In this document: positions 14,100 to 26,000 of the stretch, in pieces
Numbering within the stretch: position 1 is the stretch's first letter
Layout of the letters: each line of letters opens with the position of its first letter
Assembly (NCBI GenBank): GCA_003344405.1
Contig: NOWV01000100.1
Coordinates: 124,001-188,000 of the forward strand
DNA from: Trichoplax sp. H2
Taxonomy: Eukaryota
Length of the DNA: 64,000 bases
Direction of reading: 5' to 3'
Position numbers and translations under genes: made by a program
Notes under the pieces: generated by a model
Databases searched by the model: none
What the model was told of the DNA's origin: nothing
The model's input: the letters and a program-made list of their open reading frames with translations, nothing else

Positions 14100-15648
14100 A
14101 GTACCGTGCATACTTTACGGTACCGAGTAGTCTGTCTGTCTGTCTGTATGATGGGTCTCACTTCAGCTTCCAGTCGAGTACAGTACATTGTACGCCCAGT
14201 GTACAGTGTACAAAACTTCCAGTCTGTACTGTACGGTAAATCATACAGTACAATGAAAAAATGATGTTGTCCTGGACTAACATTAAATGTTTGTACATTT
14301 AACAAATGTACATTTTGTTGTACAGTACTGTACTAACATCATTTGTCATTGGAGTACTGTACAGGTAAAAGGAAAGAAAATGTTTTAAGGTTCAACTGGC
14401 ACTATGCTAACGTTAATGTCAGTCTATTATGCCAACGATGAGTATCAGACATGAGCCATAGAGCATTGAGCAGGCGTACTACCGGCATGACGTTGACAGT
14501 ACACTCGTGTCAGACTACCTCAAAGCAGTACAATACTGTACCCAGAGTGCAGTGACGTTACTTACTCTACTCTACTATGCCAACGATGAGTATGAGACAT
14601 GGGCCATTGAGCATTGAGCAGGCGTACTACCGGCATGACGGTCACAGTACACTAGTGTCAGACTACCTCAAAGCACTACAATACACAGAGTACAGTACGT
14701 ACTGTACAGTGACGTTACTTACTGTAGTCTACTCTACAGTACTGTACTGTATGCCAACGATGAGTATGAGACATGAGCCATGGAGCATTGAGCAGGCGTA
14801 CTACCGCCATGACGGTCATAGTACACTAGCGTCAGACTACCTCAAAGCAGTACAATACACAGAGTGCAGTGACGTTACTTACTGTACTCTACAGTCTCTA
14901 CTATGCCAACGATGAGTACAGTATGAGGCATGAACATTTGAGCATTGAGCAGGCGTACTACCGGCATGACGTTGACAGTACACTCGTGTCAGACTACCTC
15001 AAAGCAGTACAATACACAGAGTGCAGTGACGTTACTTACTCTACTCTACTGTACTATGCCAACGATGAGTATGAGACATGGGCCATTGAGCATTGAGCAG
15101 GCGTACTACCGGCATGACGGTCACAGTACTGTACACTAGTGTCAGACTACCTCAAAGCACTACAATACACAGAGTACAGTACGTACTGTACAGTGACGTT
15201 ACTTACTGTACAGTACAGTAGTCTACTCTACAGTACTGTAACTGCAGTATGCCAACGATGAGTATGAGACATGAGCCATGGAGCATTGAGCAGGCGTACT
15301 ACCGCCATGACGGTCATAGTACACTAGCGTCAGACTACCTCAAAGCAGTACAATACACAGAGTGCAGTGACGTTACTTACTGTCCTCTACTATGCCAACG
15401 ATGAGTATGAGACATGAGCCATGGAGCATTGAGCAGGCGTACTACCGCCATGACGGTGACAGTACAGTAGGGTCAGACTACTGATCTGTCTCTACTGTAC
15501 GTCTCTACCTCTGCTTTGTTGAACGACATCGAGTCTTGAAGCACTTTGGCCATTGGTGTGCAGCTGCAATCTTCGCCATCGTTAAAGCCTTTTCCACTTA
15601 TTTCCTACTTGATACTGATTTGACGTCGACTATCTTCTGACTATCCCA
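14100..15648. promoter_or_regulatory. Probable bidirectional promoter region for the SLC35-like gene (-) and USO1 (+)
   Basis: Lies between head-to-head start codons at 13633 (-) and 15649 (+). It is more GC-rich than the flanks and dense in TACAGTA/TACTGTA. Transcription start sites cannot be located from sequence alone. Confidence 0.5.
14429..15481. repeat. Minisatellite, 7 units of ~145-195 bp, between the divergent SLC35-like and USO1 genes
   Basis: The anchor ATGCCAACGATGAGTA recurs at 14429, 14577, 14751, 14903, 15056, 15249 and 15392. Shared core: GAGCATTGAGCAGGCGTACTACCG...GTCAGACTACCTCAAAGCA. The last unit is truncated. Confidence 0.97.
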
Positions 15649-18600
15649 ATGAGTTTATTCTCTTTTATCAGTGGCACTAAGCCGGAAAAACAACAGAGTG
15701 CTAAGGAAACGGTAAGAAATCAATTTGCAATTCCAACCTTGGCAAAATCGACTGCATTGCATCCTATCAATGGCACGGTTCCATACTCTCCATCGTGCCT
15801 GCAATCACTGTTTTCCACGCTTGCTGTCATGACAGCAATGCGTGGATCATGCCCATCACAGATTAGACTAGTCCAGCTCAATGACTTGATCAATCTTATG
15901 GCAAGAAAGATACTTTGAATGTTTTACTATAGACACTTACCATGGCACGTCTTGTAGACTATCCTTGATTGCTACAAATGATGGAAAGGGTTGTACTACA
16001 ATTCTCGGATTGTTTTAGCTTGCAATGAGGATAAGGGACATTCCCTGTTGAAAACGTAGTCCATACTGTAGAATAGAGTACCTTCAATCTTACTCCAAGT
16101 GATCATCAAGTCTTTTCGCTTCATAACTAGAAATAAGTGGAGTAACTTCGCATGAAACTAGATTGGAATAGGTTCTATATCATTCATCTATTTTTCTATG
16201 TCTTCAGCCCTGACCAAAATTAGCCTTGTGTTGCAAAAATAGCTTACGCGATCTTACTCCTGGTATACCGTTGATGTAGTAAAAATGAAGCGATTGATTT
16301 CCATCGTACACTATTGACTAACCGCGTATTGGTTCAATGCATTCAACTGTTCCATGGTAGTCCTACTCTTGAATTAATACTTGAATATTGATTTCAATCT
16401 TGTATAAGATGGGTATGTTATGCAGGGTTAATAGCAGTCTTCAACTACAGGGTAGTCATAGATGGATTGCTGCTCATCACTCACTTTACAGTAGGTATGG
16501 CTAAACATGATCAAAATCATAGCAGAAATCTCTATTAGTACTGATTGAAATGTAATCAAACAACCATCTCTAAGTATACTGTAACAGATATCAAGATTAC
16601 TACAAATTAGAACCAATCATTTTAGCGTAGATCCAATTGATTCAATTAAAGCCATAGGTATATATAGCCGTAAAAAAGTATGACATATTTTGACACTAGG
16701 ATCATAGTTCAGCACTATAGGCTCTAGCGGAATGAATTCACAACGTTGTGCATACAACATCATGTATCATTCCATGTGGCCATTGAAGTGTTGCTAGCCT
16801 ATGCTATTGCCTTTTCTTTAAATTTCGTTTACCCGGGCTTATCAAATTGTGATAAAGGAAATACCGTTGGCAACGAGATTGGATAGAAAAGCATGTATAC
16901 TAACTATTCTACGATCATCAACATATTAACTCATTTCGTTTATGTATAGGTTGAAAAGCTTTGCAATCGTGTTAGTACCTCAACATTATTAGAAGACAGA
17001 CGCGATGCACTTAGAGCATTAAAATCCTTGGCTAAGGTAAAATCAATGGTGATGCAATTCAATGTCATAAAATGATAGATACAGGTTATTGACATCATGT
17101 GATAAATTACCATCATTTACTATACGATACGGCATCAGTAATAGGGTAGATGAAATTGATAATACTGAACTTTCTGCTACCCTATCCAGTATTGTAGTGG
17201 CGTATATAAACAGCATAAATTTATAGTGCATTCGAGTAAAATATTCCTATAGCCTTTTGAAAGATTGTAAATAATTAATTATACAATTCTTCACTATACA
17301 AAATGACTAATACTGTATTGTAGTCATGTAATGTTCAACATTACTGCTACAATCTTAATTTGTACTTTTCACATCTGCGACTTTACCGTTACTATAGTAT
17401 AATGTAAGTATATTATGATAGCACATTGCGTGATTGCAATAGAGTAGTAAGCTTAACATATACAATTACGTGTGTGCAGACTTACAGAGACGAAGTTGGT
17501 TCGCAGGGACTACACTTATTCGTCAATGTTTTACAAGTGGACAAGTAAGAATTTCTATTTCTAAATGAATGAATAGTATAGCTCTGTTTTCATCTTGCAC
17601 TACATGTTTATCCCTTGGTAATCTGAGCTACCTTAAATAGTTGACGTATTATTAACAACCATGAAAACTGTCAAGATATTAAAAATTAACTTGACGTTTT
17701 GAATGATCACGGTAGGAGCGACGGCGAAAGCGTTGGCTATGCCTTGGATACATTATACAATTTAATGGCTACCGATATTCCTCCAAGTGGTTAAAAAATT
17801 TCTTTACCTTCACACTACTTCTCAGAGTATCAGTCGTAAATGTAATACTACTTCTACTTCCGTCAAAATTTATTGTCTTTTTTTAAAATAATTTACTGGC
17901 ATAGATCCTTACTATGGACAAACTGTAATGTCTCCGCAAACAGCTGAACTTGGTCGTCATTTTAGCGAAATTTTCCTACAAAATCAGGATAATTTACCCT
18001 TAATCATTAGTTGTTTGGAAGTTAGTGGAACTACAAGTAGAAAATCTTTAAATTTTTACAATAATTTGGTTGATTTAGTATTGATGCGTTAAAATATTTA
18101 CTTTCCTGGTTATTATGATGATTAGGATTTCGACTTTCAAGTACGATGGCCGGCAACTAAACTACTTACGGCACTGTTAATAAATAATGGGTTAGTAATA
18201 TTAAATTTTTCTATATTATTCTATTAGAAAGTCGCACAAACTTGTAAATGTATAATAATGATATAAAATCGCTTTTCAGGCCTCAAATTCAACAAAGTAT
18301 GCTCACTATTCCTATGGGTAAGCATATTAGGCAATGCGATTTAAGGTATTAAATAAATATGAAAATAGTAACATTCATTAAAACGATTACTACCTATAAT
18401 TGTAGCTGTCGCAAGAGTCGTAGACTTATTAAGCGATGAGAGAGAAGTCGTTAGGAATGAGGTAACGTTAGGAATTTTAAATGTAACCTTAACTTATAAT
18501 AAAATAATCTCAATAAATAGAAAAAGGCATATAATACGACTTTAGACACTGACATTGATTTATTCTAGGGATTACTCCTCATGATGCAGCTTACGAAAGC

Positions 18601-21600
18601 TAATAACGCAATACAGGTAATACGATAGTTGATTAACGGTCTTTAACACAACGTAGTGATGACAATTTTTATTTCCCTTGAAATAGAAATTAATTGCATT
18701 TGAAAATGGATTCGATTATATAATTGATATTATTGCAAGGGAAGGTTATAGTGTTGGTGGTACGTACAATATAGTATAAATCATAAATTGTATTATTTCC
18801 ACATCTTATAATTGTCTACCTAGACGAATTTGTTGATTACTTTTTGTCAAATTCACTAAACATTTAATTCAAATTTTCTGTAGGAATCGTTGTTGAAGAT
18901 TGCTTACTCATATTAAGGAATTTATTAAATTCGAATGTTTCCAATCAAAATTTCTTCAGAGAAGGAAGGTATTGCATACATTGGACGGTATACAGTAAAG
19001 TTTACACCTTTTATCCCGCGGCTTTTATAAACTACTGTCATCCTTTTCCTAAATTAGTAACTACTTTTTTTTAGCTATATTCCAAAGCTAGCTGCCTTTT
19101 TTGATTTAAAAGCGGCCAGTGCAGCCAGTAAGGACAAATTCAGTTATCTCTAAACATTTATTGCCATACTTATTTTAGTGTAAATTGTATTTCTTAAAGA
19201 TAATATAGACGACTCGGATACAGATGAATTTGATAGCGCAAAGCAAAAAGCGGCAAACATCATTCATATGTTACAAGTCAGTAATAATTGCCTCCACATT
19301 CTAATTAAAAATTTATTACAACCCAAACTGTGATGAATGATTCATGATGTATGTTTACATCTTTGGATAGATATTGCGTTTGCTGGTCTCACCGGACAAT
19401 TCACAACAATCGTTGGTATTATGTCAGAAAGTAATTTTCCAATGCGGTATGTATGTAGGCCCGCATCCATTAGTGATGAATTATTTCTTCATGACGACAT
19501 TTTTTATTAATCATTTTGACCCTCTCTGCCGTTAGGATTACTCAAAGTATTATGCGAATTATTGTTATCGTCCTCTGTTAGTGAAGACATTGTATTAGAG
19601 GTATTTAGTTTACCTACGGATAAGTTGTTGATTGCTCGAGTTAGATTCTTGTAAGGCACTTAAAAATCTTTATTTATGACATCTAATTAGCTTCTCATTA
19701 CTATTGGCGATACCCTTCGGGGAGCTAACCAAAATCAAGATTACTTCGCAAAATTTTCTTTATCTGCAGATGCTCAAAGGTTCATCTTACTTAATTATTG
19801 GCAGTCTAATTTTGACCAAATAATCTTATACATGTGCTCTATTATTTGTACTAGAACTGCGATAATAGTACTTCTCTTAAACATGGTAACTGATAAAACA
19901 ACTTATCCATTGAAATATGCCTCCTTATACTGTTTCAAGGTAAGCATAAAAAATTTTATGATTTTTTAATTGATTCTAGTAGTTCAAATAGCTTAATTTA
20001 TCTGTAAAGATTTGATAGCTACATAGAAAAATTTAAATTATTCTGCTGTTATTCCCTAGTGCTTTCTATATGGTAATGAGCTAGGCCAAGCGCAACTGGT
20101 AGCTACTCTCTTGCCATCTTCTGTTGAAGGTCTGCCGTATAGTTATCGTTAATAATGTTTACTGAAAAAATAGTAAAACATCGATCTGTATTAAATATGT
20201 ACTATATCCTCTCCTTGTATAGCCGCTTCTATTTCGCCTGGACAGTTAATATGCGCTGGATTGTTTAGGTATCCTAAATTCATATTGAATGTGAAATAAG
20301 TTGATCATCAAAATTTTCTTTTTAAGCCATCTACTGCATGCACTAACTGATAATAATAATACACTACATATTACAACTTTTACTCTAATCTAATATGGGT
20401 ATTAGCCTGGATCAATTTTGTAGCTGGTGTGCAGCTATGGCTATTTCACACATGTTACGACAAAATATCGCTCAAAAAGAACAATTGTTACGTGTTCAAT
20501 TAGCTACTAGAGTAGGTAAGTATATTATCCATTTTTATCCAGTCGTTACAATTATCATGGTAGTGATAGTACGATTTAATTTGTGATGGTATTTGTGTAA
20601 CATGCAAATGTCTTATTGACATAATATTTTGGTAATCTGAAGGTAGCCCAGCAGTATCATTGCTACAACAATGTACAAATATCCTAAGCGAGGTATGATA
20701 CTATAAAAATTGGAGGAACCCTGTTGATGTTAACCTTCATTTAAAATATATTATTTTCATAAATCATATATAGAATACTGGCTCTCCAGTTGGAATTAAC
20801 CACCTAATTCTTTTATGTTCTTGGCTGAATGAATGTCCTACGGCTGTTGCACATCTCGTTAACAACCCTGTCAACATTCCTTTCGTATCCTTATTTCATA
20901 CAAAGTACCGACTTATTTTTGATAGTGATGTTGTAGTCGTATTGATCTTAATACGTAAACTCTAGCTAACTACACAGATAGACAGAGATGCAAACGAACA
21001 TGAGAAGCTTATGCGTGGACTATCAGCACTATTACTTGGTATATGTATGGTATACAATGATGGTGCCGTTGAAGCCTGCAATCGGTTAGAAGTATTGATT
21101 TTCAAAAGGTTCTACTAGGGTGACCAAGTAATTTGTTTTATTTATGTATTTATTATCTTTATATCACATTTAGAAAAGCGCTTCGAAACCTGATAGCAAG
21201 TAGGATAGGTGTTGGAAAATACAGGGATTGCTTGAACCAAATATCAAAGAATGAACAGTTTGTAAAAGCAACTCACAGAATGCAGGTATTGTCACAATCG
21301 ATACGATACCATCACAAATTAAATTGAATTCCAATTTATTAAAATTTGATATATATATATATAAATAGATGCCAAGTGAGCCAGACGATCATTTATTTTT
21401 TGATGAAGAATTTACGATTATGTTTAGAAACGTTGAAGGTGCTAGCATAGACCTTTAGTATATTTTATAATGTAAAACGATTTACCATTAAAAATTGGTA
21501 ACATTTATACTATAATAAATAAATAAAAACTTTTAAGCTGATTTCCATACTCACTTCACTTAGTAATTGTAATGGTACTATTTATCAGGATACATATTAA

Positions 21601-23064
21601 GAATTGCTAGTTCAGATGACACGAAGCCGGAATTGGATAGCAAAAGAGAATCAACAATTGATGAAGAGGCGATTGTGCAACCGTACAAAGACCTTATCAG
21701 AGAACAGGTTACCACGCTTATTTAATGATCTTAAATTACACGATACTACATATCAACTGGTATTTATTTATAGCCATAATGAATGATCTTAATTAGGAAG
21801 TGAATTCTTGTTAACAAATTGTAGGATGAAGAGCTAAGAATTTTGCGTAGACAATGTGAAGCATTTGAAACTAATAAAGATATGGTTTGTTTTATTAGCT
21901 AATAATTATTAACTAACCATCAGGTTATGTATTTCGATAGATTGTTCAGTGAATACTATCAGTAGATAGCCTTATTACCGTTTTACGAAGCGTACTTGAT
22001 AGAATATGACAATTTACTTATTGCTACTTTACCTACTTTCTTACAATAAAATATTATTTCTGCAGCAGTGAACTGTTATGATATACCATACCCATTTTTT
22101 TATAACGATTTCTAAACTTAATAATAGTTTTATTAAATTTAGTTCTTTTAATTTCAGATTGAACAAGAACTGACCAGTGCGTCTCATGAAATATTATCTC
22201 TGCGAGAACAAAATTCGATGTTATTATCTGAGCATAGTTAGTAATTCCATCTGAACTTTGTTTATTTGTCATCAGAAATAAGCCAATTTGTAGTGATTGA
22301 AATCATTACGATGTCTCTAGACAATCATCCAGATGCTTCTGCCAATAGTGCTGCATTTTTTTATCGGAATGATCCTAATAACATTAATCAAGAATTGAAA
22401 GATATGGAAAGGATTAAGGAATCTCAAGCCAAAGAAATTGCTAATTTACAAGTACAGTTGGAGCAAAAAGTTCGTAACTTATGCCGATACCCAATTACAT
22501 TGCATCATTGATACATTTATATACCATAGCCAGTTATAACTGTTATTGCTTCTATATGTTCATATTGATAGACCACAGAATTATCAGAGTGTAAAAGTAT
22601 GATGAAATCAAGAGATGACAAATCTGAAGAGTTGAATGATCAAAAGAAACTGATCAATTCCTTAAACGAACAAATTGGTGAATTAAAGAGCAGCAACGAA
22701 AAACTCCAGAAGAATCTAGCTGAAGAGGTACAATATATTATGAAAATAAACCTGGATTTTCCGTTAGAATCTAATCCTTTGTCGTTATCATTAACAGTTG
22801 AGTGCGGTTAAAGAACCGGAAGGTGTAGATATTTCAAATGTGGAAAAACTGCAGGATAAAATTCTTGAGTTAGATGATGCTTTAGAAACCGAAAGAAGAG
22901 AGAAAGATAGGATTCAGTGTGAATTGGGTAATTTACAGCATGAGCAGGATGATTTGTTACTTTTATTATCTGATCAAGAGAAAAAAATTAAGCAGTTAAA
23001 GAAAGCCATCCTTTCTCTTGGTGGCGATGTTAGCAATGAGGAGGACGATGATTTTGACATGTAA
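15649..23064 (+). CDS. USO1: General vesicular transport factor p115 (USO1), ~31 exons
   Basis: Exons spliced by eye include 15649-15711, 16950-17036 (VEKLCNRVSTSTLLEDRRDALRALKSLAK), 17480-17544, 17716-17789 (SVGYALDTLYNLM), 18126-18190 (DFDFQVRWPATKLL) and 18406-18461 (DLLSDEREVVRNE). Later exons encode KLIAFENGFD, IVVEDCL, NQNFFREG and QKEQLLRVQLAT, then a coiled coil. The final exon 22798-23064 has EQDDLLLLLSDQ and an acidic tail. These segments match my recollection of metazoan p115. Confidence 0.96.
20885..20965 (+). other. U12-type (minor spliceosome) GT-AG intron in USO1
   Basis: The donor is GTATCCTT at 20885. A branch-like TCTTAAT at 20946-20952 lies close to the AG at 20964-20965, with no polypyrimidine tract. 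Splicing gives in-frame ...NIPF|LTTQID... Confidence 0.85.
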
Positions 23065-26000
23065 TACGCTACCACATGCTATTTTGAATCCTGTTTTCAT
23101 TCCTGAATTCAGGATAAGTTATTTTTTATTGCTCGCTAACATTTTCTAGCGATTTGGTTTTTATAATGTATTTAAAGTACATTATTTTCTGATGCAGTGT
23201 TCCATGCATTTCCTTATGATAATAAGAATAGTATCGTAATAGTTTTGACTTAAACAAAATGACCGAGCAGGATTATATCCTGATTGCAAAGTATTTCTTC
23301 TACTATAGACTTCTATTAACAATGATGGTATGCTCCATATTGAATGGATATAAGTACAATTAATGTAGGCAATACCTTATAATAATCAATTTTTATGGAT
23401 AACAGTTATTAAATTTAGCAGGTTAAGCGTATCTATGTCATTAAGTTAACTAGCAATATCTCCAGGAATCCATTGAAAATCGTTTGAAATTGCTACTTTT
23501 AAACCAGATAATATATTCAGATTAAATTCTCGGAATGCAATGAATATGTGCCTTATAAATGGCATCCAAAAATATTAATAATGATAATTATAATCAATAA
23601 ATTATGTGATAAATACGGAATATTTGATCTCTTAGACACAGAAAACTATACCCTTCTAGAATGATAAGGCAGTTAATCCTTGTGATCCATAATATGATAC
23701 TATAATATGATTGGAGCTACGCATACTATTCCGCTTTATTTTTACTAAAGTTTGCACAACCATCGACTCTAACGTTGATAGGTAGAAACTAATCAAAGAT
23801 TTATGAAAAATTGATGTCTGGATGCGACATATATCCGGGCCAAATCTTTTACTCAAATATAGAAAAGGATTTAAGAGTAAATATCTGGATTGGCCATATA
23901 ATAACTTTGATTGCTGATACGGAAAGGTTCATTTTATATGGACAGTGGAATAATTTTAATGCAACAGTTTACTGTGGTTCTAATAACCAACACCATAGAT
24001 CGTGACGGAAGCTATCAAATACGATTTATCCCAATTCGCTCTATCCAGATCCAATAGACCACATCGTCATAATAGTATTTCATTTTTTATCTTCTTTTTA
24101 AAACTTTAATAACACTAGTTCAAGTATTATGTTAGGAGATTGTCAGCACTTCAAGTTGTACTATGGGTAAAAATCTCAAGAAGAATAATACTGAAAGAAG
24201 ATCTCAATAGTTTCTCGTTTAGTAAATATTTAATATACGCGTATTCTCCCGCATCTATATCGTAAATATAGCATTTATAAGGACTAAAATCAGCAATCAC
24301 TAGCCCATATATAGACAAAGTTAGTAATGCAAAAGTTTATTTTATAAATTTATGATCGGGCACTAATGACTCCAGTAATGATATTCTGAAAAATATTGAG
24401 GAAAATATTATCTGTAGCATTTTCTATTTATTATTAAAACGATTAGGATATAGGTTTTCAAGTAGGAAACGGATAAACATGTATAGATTATCCTTTAGTA
24501 ACCTTAATTTTTCAAGACTATATGCTCCATGACAAAACAAGGAATTTATTGTCTAATTTAGCTAATTAAAAGTTGGTAAGCTGCAATCCAAGCAGGGTGC
24601 GCCTTGCTATCAGATATATCTATATACATGATTATCATCCGTATCCTAGAAGAAAGAGTATTTCAAATCGAGCTGCATTTTAGACATAACATTTCAAAAC
24701 TATTGCTCATTGATTTAGAGTTCTCTGAGAAGAAAGATTCGAAATAAATTCATTTTAAATTCATACATCGTGGTTAATATTTAAGCAGCGAAAGAACAAA
24801 AGTGTTATGAAGATTATCAATATCCATTTTTATTTGCAACTAATGAATGAATCATTATTTTCAGGATAACATAAATAAGAAAAGCGCTATTTAATAAAAT
24901 TTGATTAGTTCTCATAACAATATTTGAATAGATTGCAATTAAACACCGAGTGCAAATATTAAAATATTACTTGGGTTGCTTTTAAAGATGCATTGTTCAT
25001 ACAACTGTTTGAGTATCTAAAAGTTTAATTTAGATCCTTGAAAATATCTGGAAAATATGTATCGAACATCATGAATAGAATAATACAGACAGGATGTCAA
25101 AACTGGAATTTCAACTGTTATTAAATTTCCAGGACAATGCGACCGTTGTCACAATTTAAGGTATTTCCGCTAATTGATAAATGTCATTTTCTTCCTCATA
25201 TTAAAGTATAATATTCATCATGAATGAAGGAGAAGTTATTACAGCAGTTACTTTCTGTAATTAATTTACTTTTATTTTGTAGCTACTCTCGATATCTAGC
25301 AGTGCATTACCACCAAGAAGCAATTCAAAGCGATTGCAGAAATTAAAAGAGAAATCATAATAATTAATAATTGCCACATTTTATACTTTTTTGGTCTATG
25401 ATAATCAACCTACTTTTCTATTACAACTATTCTCAAGTATGACTACTAATATCGTAGCCAAAGGGCAATTAATGATAGAGCATGAAATTTAAGAGGAATT
25501 TTTAATACTTTATTTACATTCCTAGAATCAATCATTACTGGTTCTATTATGATAACTTATAGTCAATATCGTCTTTAACGGTCAACTGTATTTCCCTTAT
25601 AGAATAACGAAAAGAAATCATGTACTACGGGTATATTACCATCCTATAGCTAATTTATTCTTCTACTGTAGCTATTCTCAATAACTTCATCTCAATACAG
25701 GAGAAACTATAATATTTTAACTAGAAAATGTAAGAAAGAGACTTTATTTCAGCCAAGTCTATTACTATTCGACTGCTAACTTGCCGCTATATTGTAGCGA
25801 TTTCTCGAAAGTATAATTAGCGTGTAGTCCATATCAGTTCATAAATTTTTAACTTCAGTTTACTATTTTATAACACTTAAACTATTACTGTAGTTGCCTA
25901 TCGAAAGCTGTCCAATTCGCAAAACAAAATTTGGGGACCATTAAAGAAATTTTTCCTTTTGCCTATTATTGTTCTTATGCTCGTAAAGTAAATATAACGT

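Noticed and set aside
14021-14305. Overlapping short ORFs rich in Y/C/T/V (likewise 34494-34770)
   Set aside because: The composition comes from the TACAG/TACTG units; there are no protein features.
14577-15139. ORFs with the repeated peptide MPTMSMRHGPLSIEQAYYRHD
   Set aside because: These are translations of the minisatellite. The 5-bp indels shift frame between units.
14429-15481. CRISPR-like array
   Set aside because: The units are homologous along their whole length with no unique spacers, no cas genes are present, and the context is eukaryotic.
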